Shown here in pieces: positions 55,065 through 64,000 of a DNA stretch of 64,000 bases. How positions within the stretch are numbered: position 1 is the first letter of the stretch; each line of letters begins with the position of its first letter. The DNA is from Eledone cirrhosa (Eukaryota). Below the pieces are notes generated by a model. It was not told the origin of the DNA, ran no database searches, and was given only the letters and a program-made list of their open reading frames with translations. The stretch lies in NCBI GenBank assembly GCA_964016885.1, contig CAXHJY010000768.1:107147-171146 (forward strand). Reading direction: 5' to 3'. The position numbers and the translations under genes were made by a program.

Positions 55065-55279
55065 ATATATATATAAACAACTATCTGGTTGTGGAACCAA
55101 CCAACCAACCAGAAATTTATAAATTTGTAAATTTATAAATATATATTAAATTAAATTGAAGTGAAAGCAACTGGTGCGTGTGTTTCTTATTGGCAACATG
55201 ACCCTCCCAAAGTATAACAATATCGGTTTCAACACACGATTTCAGATAAAGAATCTTGCTAAACAAATTCAGAAACGAA

Positions 55280-56000
<721 letters not shown>

Positions 56001-56866
56001 TGTACGTATATGCAGTAATCTGGATCAACCTGTTAACAGAGCCAGAGCTCAGCTGTCGGGTGCCAACAATTTATTAGAGAAACATAAGTATAACATACGC
56101 TGTTGGATAATGGTCTAACTAGTTTCAAACTGAAAACATCCTCATATATATAAACATATATATATGTATATACATATATATATATATGTGTATATATATA
56201 TATATATACACATCCATATATATACATATATATATACATATATGTGTATATATATATACACATCCATATATATACATATATATATATATATACATATATG
56301 TGTATATATATATATATATACACATCCATATATATACATATATATATATATATACATACACATATATATACACATGTATATATATACACATCCATATATA
56401 TACATACATATATATATACATACACATGGCAAAAAAGCACCCAGCACTCACTGTAAAATGAGGTTGGTGTTAGGAAGGGCATCCAGCTGTAGAAATCAAG
56501 CCAGAATCAGTTCCCGTCCCACCCTTGCAAGCAGGGAAAAGCGGACGTAAAATGATGATGATGATGATATATATATTTATTTATACATATATAAAAAAAA
56601 TGTTGTGATTTGCTTCAAGCATTGTATATAATATACAAGGTTGAAAGAGATAGAAGGCAAAACAATGCAAAGTGGACTGTGAGATGAGGTAAGGAAAGAT
56701 AAGTTACCTGGTAAACATTGTCTTTTTTTTTTAGTTGTAGATGCTCTTTTTTCTGTCCTATATTTCTGGACATAAAACTCCCTTCTTCTGGGACTAAGGA
56801 ACTATATATAATGTATGTATAAATCTATGTATATAATGTAGATGGATATATATATATATATATATA

Positions 56867-56919
<53 letters not shown>

Positions 56920-57024
56920 TTTCGTTTCTGCATTTGGCAACATGACCCTCCCAAAGTATAACAATATATATATATATATATATATAATGTGTATATATAT
57001 GTATATATATATATATATATAATT

Positions 57025-57067
<43 letters not shown>

Positions 57068-57505
57068 TCATCATCATCATCATCATCATCGTTTAACGTC
57101 CATATTCCACGCTTGCATGGGTTTGGACGGGGGTAGTCCCACTTGAGGCAAGAGTGGTTGTCTTGCTCGTATAGGACTGTCTGGCGGGTTTTCTACGGCT
57201 GGATGCCCTTCCTAACACCAACCACGTTTACAGTGTGGGTCTGGGAGGTTTTTACCGTGTTGCCTACACGGCCACATTACAGAGTGGACTGTGTGTTTTT
57301 TTGTCGTGACACCTACACGACCTCATTTGTTTCGGACTGGATGTTGTGGTACCAACATAGCTTTACATGGAAAGGGGCGGTGTGGATGGGGTGTGGGTAG
57401 GGGACGGGGGTGTATTTTGTTTGAGGTGCCTACTGACTGTAGTAGGTTTCAATATATATATAAAATATATATATAATGTGTATATATATATTATATATAT
57501 ATAAA

Positions 57506-57544
<39 letters not shown>

Positions 57545-57576
57545 GTGTGTATATATATATATATAATATATATATA

Positions 57577-57614
<38 letters not shown>

Positions 57615-57842
57615 TATATGTGTATCATCATCATCATCATCATGATACACATTATATATATATATATTATATATATACACATTATATATATATATATTAT
57701 ATATATAAAATATATATATATGTGTATATATATACATATATATATATATATAAAATAGATATATATAATGTGTTTATATATATATATATATAATATATAT
57801 ATATATATATAAATGATGTATATATAATGTGTGTATATATAT

Positions 57843-57894
<52 letters not shown>

Positions 57895-58186
57895 TTATAT
57901 ATAAGTGTATGCATATATATATATTTATATATATATATATATATATAAATATATCATCATCATCATTTTACGTCCGCTTTTCCCTGCTTGCATTATATAT
58001 ATATATAATATATATATATAATGTATATATATATATATATAAACATATATATAATATATATATATATATACATATAATATAAAGGGCGACCGGCTGAGGT
58101 TGAAGGAACAGAATAGCGGTCGCCCTCGGGTCCTCGATTTTCAGCCCCATGGATTTTATCTATTACATTCACGTATTATATTTCGA

Positions 58187-58244
58187 ATACCTGATGATGT
58201 CACCGGATTCATACGGAACCCGGTCATTGAAATGATTATAGTAT
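58187..58244 (+). ncRNA. Hammerhead ribozyme
   Basis: ATAC CTGATGA TGTCACCGG..CCGGTCATT GAAA TGATTA TA GTAT, followed by AATAAA. Confidence 0.7.
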
Positions 58245-58562
58245 AATAAACCTTTCAAGGATTTACACAAATCCAGCCTCCTGTCATTTCATTATAATAT
58301 TTAACTCCGTAATAGCACCACCAACTACAAAAACAAAGACGGTTGAACTGCCTTACGTTGAGTACTCTCTATATTATTGCATTACGATTGACCATACGGA
58401 ATAGACCAGCTCTATACAGTGGTGAACCTCAAACCTGAATATATATAATATATATATATAAAAATATATATGTAATATATATATATATAATGTATATAAA
58501 TATATATGTAATATATATATATATATAATGTATATATATGTAATATATATATATATATAATG

Positions 58563-58604
<42 letters not shown>

Positions 58605-58615
58605 ATATATATATA

Positions 58616-58658
<43 letters not shown>

Positions 58659-58924
58659 ATATATATATATATTAAAATAAAAGATAAGCAATTAATCGCT
58701 GCTTTCACACTTAACAGGATCATCTGAAAATTATTATTACTATATATTATATATATGTTATATTATATATACATTAATATATATATTGATATATATATTA
58801 ATGTATATATTATATATAATATACATTATATATATATACTGTGTATATATAATATATTACATAATATATATATAATATAATATATATATATATAATATAA
58901 TATATATATATATAATTGTTTCTA

Positions 58925-59160
58925 CTTTATTTCACGTTGCTCCAGTTTACCCAGCTGTAGAAATGAGATGATAGGGACTGGGGTCCATATCACTCCACTG
59001 TAAAGTGGTCATGGAGGTGCCACGGCAAAAAAGCACCCAGCACTCACTGTAAATGAGGTTGGTGTTAGGAAGGGCATCCAGCTGTAGAAATCAAGCCAAA
59101 ATCAGTTCCCGTCCCACCCTTGCAAGCAGGGAAAAAGCGGACGTAAAATGAAATGATGAT
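58925..59160 (+). mobile_element. SINE family A, 5'-truncated
   Basis: Matches the 3' two-thirds of 29007-29352; a shorter copy lies at 56427-56567. Confidence 0.82.
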
Positions 59161-59459
59161 TTATGTATATAAATATATATATATATAACTATATATATAT
59201 ATATATATATATTTATGTATATATAAATAAAAATGAAAATTTATGTATATATAAAATAAAAATGAAAATTATTTTGTTCTGTCTGTATATATTCCTGTGT
59301 GTATGCATATATAGATATATATATATGTATATATACGTATATATATATATACATTTATATATACACACACACATATATATATATACTTTTATATATACAT
59401 GCATATATATATATAATATACATATATATAAATGCATATATATATATATATAAAAATAA

Positions 59460-59501
<42 letters not shown>

Positions 59502-59632
59502 TTATATATACACACACACATATTTATATACTTTTATATATATATGCATATATATATATATATATAAAAATAAATATGTATATAAATATATATATATATA
59601 TATTTATGTATATAAATATATATATATATATG

Positions 59633-59663
<31 letters not shown>

Positions 59664-59768
59664 TTATGTATATAAATATATATATATATGTATATAAATA
59701 TATATATATATTTATATATATATATATATATATAAATATATATATATATGTATATAAATATATATATA

Positions 59769-59804
<36 letters not shown>

Positions 59805-59827
59805 TGTATCATGATTTCATCATGATT

Positions 59828-60154
59828 TCATTTTATGTCCGCTTTTTCCCTGCTTGCAAGGGTGGGACGGGAACTGATTCTGGCTTGATTTCTACAGCTG
59901 GATGCCCTTCCTAACACCAACCTCATTTACAGTGAGTGCTGGGTGCTTTTTTGCCATGGCACCTCCACGACCACTTTACAGTGGAGTGATAGGGACCCCA
60001 GTCCCTATCATCTCATTTCTACACCTGAGTAAACTGGAGCAATGTGAAATAAAGTGTCTTGCTCAAGGAAACAACACATCACCCGGTCTGAGAGCTGAAC
60101 TCACAACCTTTCGATTGCAAGGCCAATGCTCTAACCACTAAGCCATGTGCTTCC

Positions 60155-60155
<1 letters not shown>
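59828..60155 (-). mobile_element. SINE family A
   Basis: Full-length reverse copy. Confidence 0.88.
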
Positions 60156-60249
<94 letters not shown>

Positions 60250-60456
60250 TGTATATTAATATGTATATATATATATACATATATATATATACATATATAT
60301 ACATATATACATATATATGGCTCTGTGTGTGTGAATATATTTATATATATAAGTATATATATATGCATATATATATATATCTATATTCAGTATATCAGTA
60401 TATATACTTATATATATAAATATATACAGACACAGAGCCATATATATGTATATATA

Positions 60457-60498
<42 letters not shown>

Positions 60499-60594
60499 CA
60501 TAAATATATATATACAGTTATACATAGATATACACAATCATATGTTTGAGTGTGTGTATATATATCATCATCATTTTGCATACATATCACCACC

Positions 60595-61289
<695 letters not shown>

Positions 61290-61320
61290 GTATATATATG
61301 TATATATGTATATATATATG

Positions 61321-61471
<151 letters not shown>

Positions 61472-61476
61472 ATATG

Positions 61477-61656
<180 letters not shown>

Positions 61657-61662
61657 TGTATA

Positions 61663-61696
<34 letters not shown>

Positions 61697-61727
61697 TATA
61701 TATATATATATATATGCATATATATAT

Positions 61728-62148
61728 GTAGGAGGTGAGTTTTATTGTAGTACAATAAAGCAATGCAGATATCGGATAAGAAGCACTCTACAGTTTGTGG
61801 GACTGGAGTATGCATAATATAAGATCAAAAGATGGTTAAAGGAGTTCCATATATTTTATTATGTGCATTTCAAAAACAAACATCATCAAACAATAATATT
61901 TGTGTTTTCATCAGATAAAACAGGAGAACATGATATGAAGGCTAAAAAACACTTGTTGATAGTGCAGTTTTAAATCAACATATGTTGATTTAAAACTGCA
62001 CTATCAACAAGTGTTTTTTAGCCTTCATATCATGTTCTCCTGTTTTATCTGATGAAAACACAAATATTATTGTTTGATGATGTTTGTTTTTGAAATGCGC
62101 ATAATAAAATATATGGAACTCCTTTAACCATCTTTTGATCTTATATTA

Positions 62149-62154
<6 letters not shown>
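61728..62154. mobile_element. 346-bp spacerless palindrome with two hammerheads plus a one-sided tail
   Basis: 61809-62154, centre 61981|61982, one mismatch seen; HHR 62043-62109 TTTTAT CTGATGA ... GAAA TGCGCA TA ATAAAA and its mirror at 61854-61920. Confidence 0.88.
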
Positions 62155-62184
<30 letters not shown>

Positions 62185-62288
62185 TATATATATATATGCA
62201 TATATATATGTATGCATATATATATATATATGCATATATATATATATGCATATATATATATATATGCATATATATATATATGCATATA

Positions 62289-62440
<152 letters not shown>

Positions 62441-62521
62441 CATATATATACATATATATATTTATATATATATATATATATATATACATATATACATATA
62501 TATATATATATACATATATAC

Positions 62522-62727
<206 letters not shown>

Positions 62728-62962
62728 CCAACCTTGACTATCAACGCATCGCTTAAGGGGGTCGCTTTAAGAGTAACCAGTATGATAAAACCCCTACCAC
62801 AACATTTTGATTAAGATATCTACAAACCACTCCCCCCTTTTCTCCAACCCCTGCATATCTTTCTCTCTCTCTTCCTCTCCCCTCTTTTCTCTCCTCCTTT
62901 TCTACTCTATCTTCCCCAATAAACTCACTTAAGGGTATTTCCATTGTTCATTTTAACCATTC

Positions 62963-63074
62963 TGCTCTGATGATACAGTGGTCACAGCATTTGAGAATTG
63001 AGTTTTGCAAATAGTTATAAATTTGCACATAGCATAACTAGGCTGTATAACCACCGTGGAAACATTTGTAAGCA
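62963..63074 (+). ncRNA. Hammerhead ribozyme with ~85-nt stem II
   Basis: TGCT CTGATGA TACAGTGGT CACAGC...GCTGTATA ACCACCGTG GAAA CATTTG TA AGCA. Confidence 0.78.
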
Positions 63075-63146
63075 CACAGAATATATTACCTTTTTATGAT
63101 GTCTACCTGTTATTATTCATTCTTTATATAGATATATATTTATATG

Positions 63147-63183
<37 letters not shown>

Positions 63184-63196
63184 GTATATATTTATA

Positions 63197-63247
<51 letters not shown>

Positions 63248-63248
63248 G

Positions 63249-63481
<233 letters not shown>

Positions 63482-63499
63482 ATATATATATATATGTAT

Positions 63500-63605
<106 letters not shown>

Positions 63606-63607
63606 GA

Positions 63608-63823
63608 AGGCGTGTGGCTGAGTGGTTAGAGAATTGTATTCGCAATCGTAAGGTTGTGAGTTCGATTCCTGGACCAGGCGATGCGTTATGTCCTTGAGCA
63701 AGACACTTTATTTCACGTGGCTCCTTCTACCTGGAGTTGCGACCGATAGATAGTATTAGCAATTGGAAAGACCAACAGAAACATTGTTCCCTCGGTCCGA
63801 TTTGACAAAAAAGTCGATCGTTC

Positions 63824-63825
<2 letters not shown>
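63608..63825 (+). mobile_element. tRNA-derived SINE, family C
   Basis: TGGCTGAGTGG A box, GTTCGATTCC B box, GTCCTTGAGCAAGACACTTT; body homologous to 34686-34806. Confidence 0.8.
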
Positions 63826-63917
<92 letters not shown>

Positions 63918-64000
63918 AGCAAAGAGATATTTAATTTGTTGGTTATTCAATAAATTTATTTATAATAGATTCGAAGCACTCTACAGGTTTTCTGGAGTAT

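Noticed and set aside
56708-56793. Possible further minus-strand exon (PEEGSFMSRNIGQKKEHLQLKKKDNVYQ)
   Set aside because: Weaker donor (gtaact), contains an A10 run, and its phase is incompatible with the next candidate exon; not supported enough.

Overview
Repeat-saturated eukaryotic DNA. The SINE, LINE and microsatellite content suggests a cephalopod (octopus-like) genome, probably an intron-dominated locus; the organism is inferred, not shown. Contents: (AT)n, (CA)n and (GATA)n microsatellites, several mini/satellite arrays, decayed RTE and L1/Tx1 LINEs, tRNA-derived SINEs, a Tc1/mariner (maT-like) relic and three candidate minus-strand host exons. One young Penelope-like element (RT plus GIY-YIG, 52299-55281) is bracketed by ~600-bp inverted repeats. 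The main hidden signal is about 12 minimal hammerhead-ribozyme (HHR) cores in Penelope-type 3' ends. Several sit in fold-back insertions in (AT)n whose two arms end at two different fixed points (short arm versus arm plus tail). One HHR has a 26-copy 45-bp minisatellite expanded inside its stem II. Most long ORFs in the track are simple-repeat artefacts. Coordinates were read by eye and may be off by a few bases.
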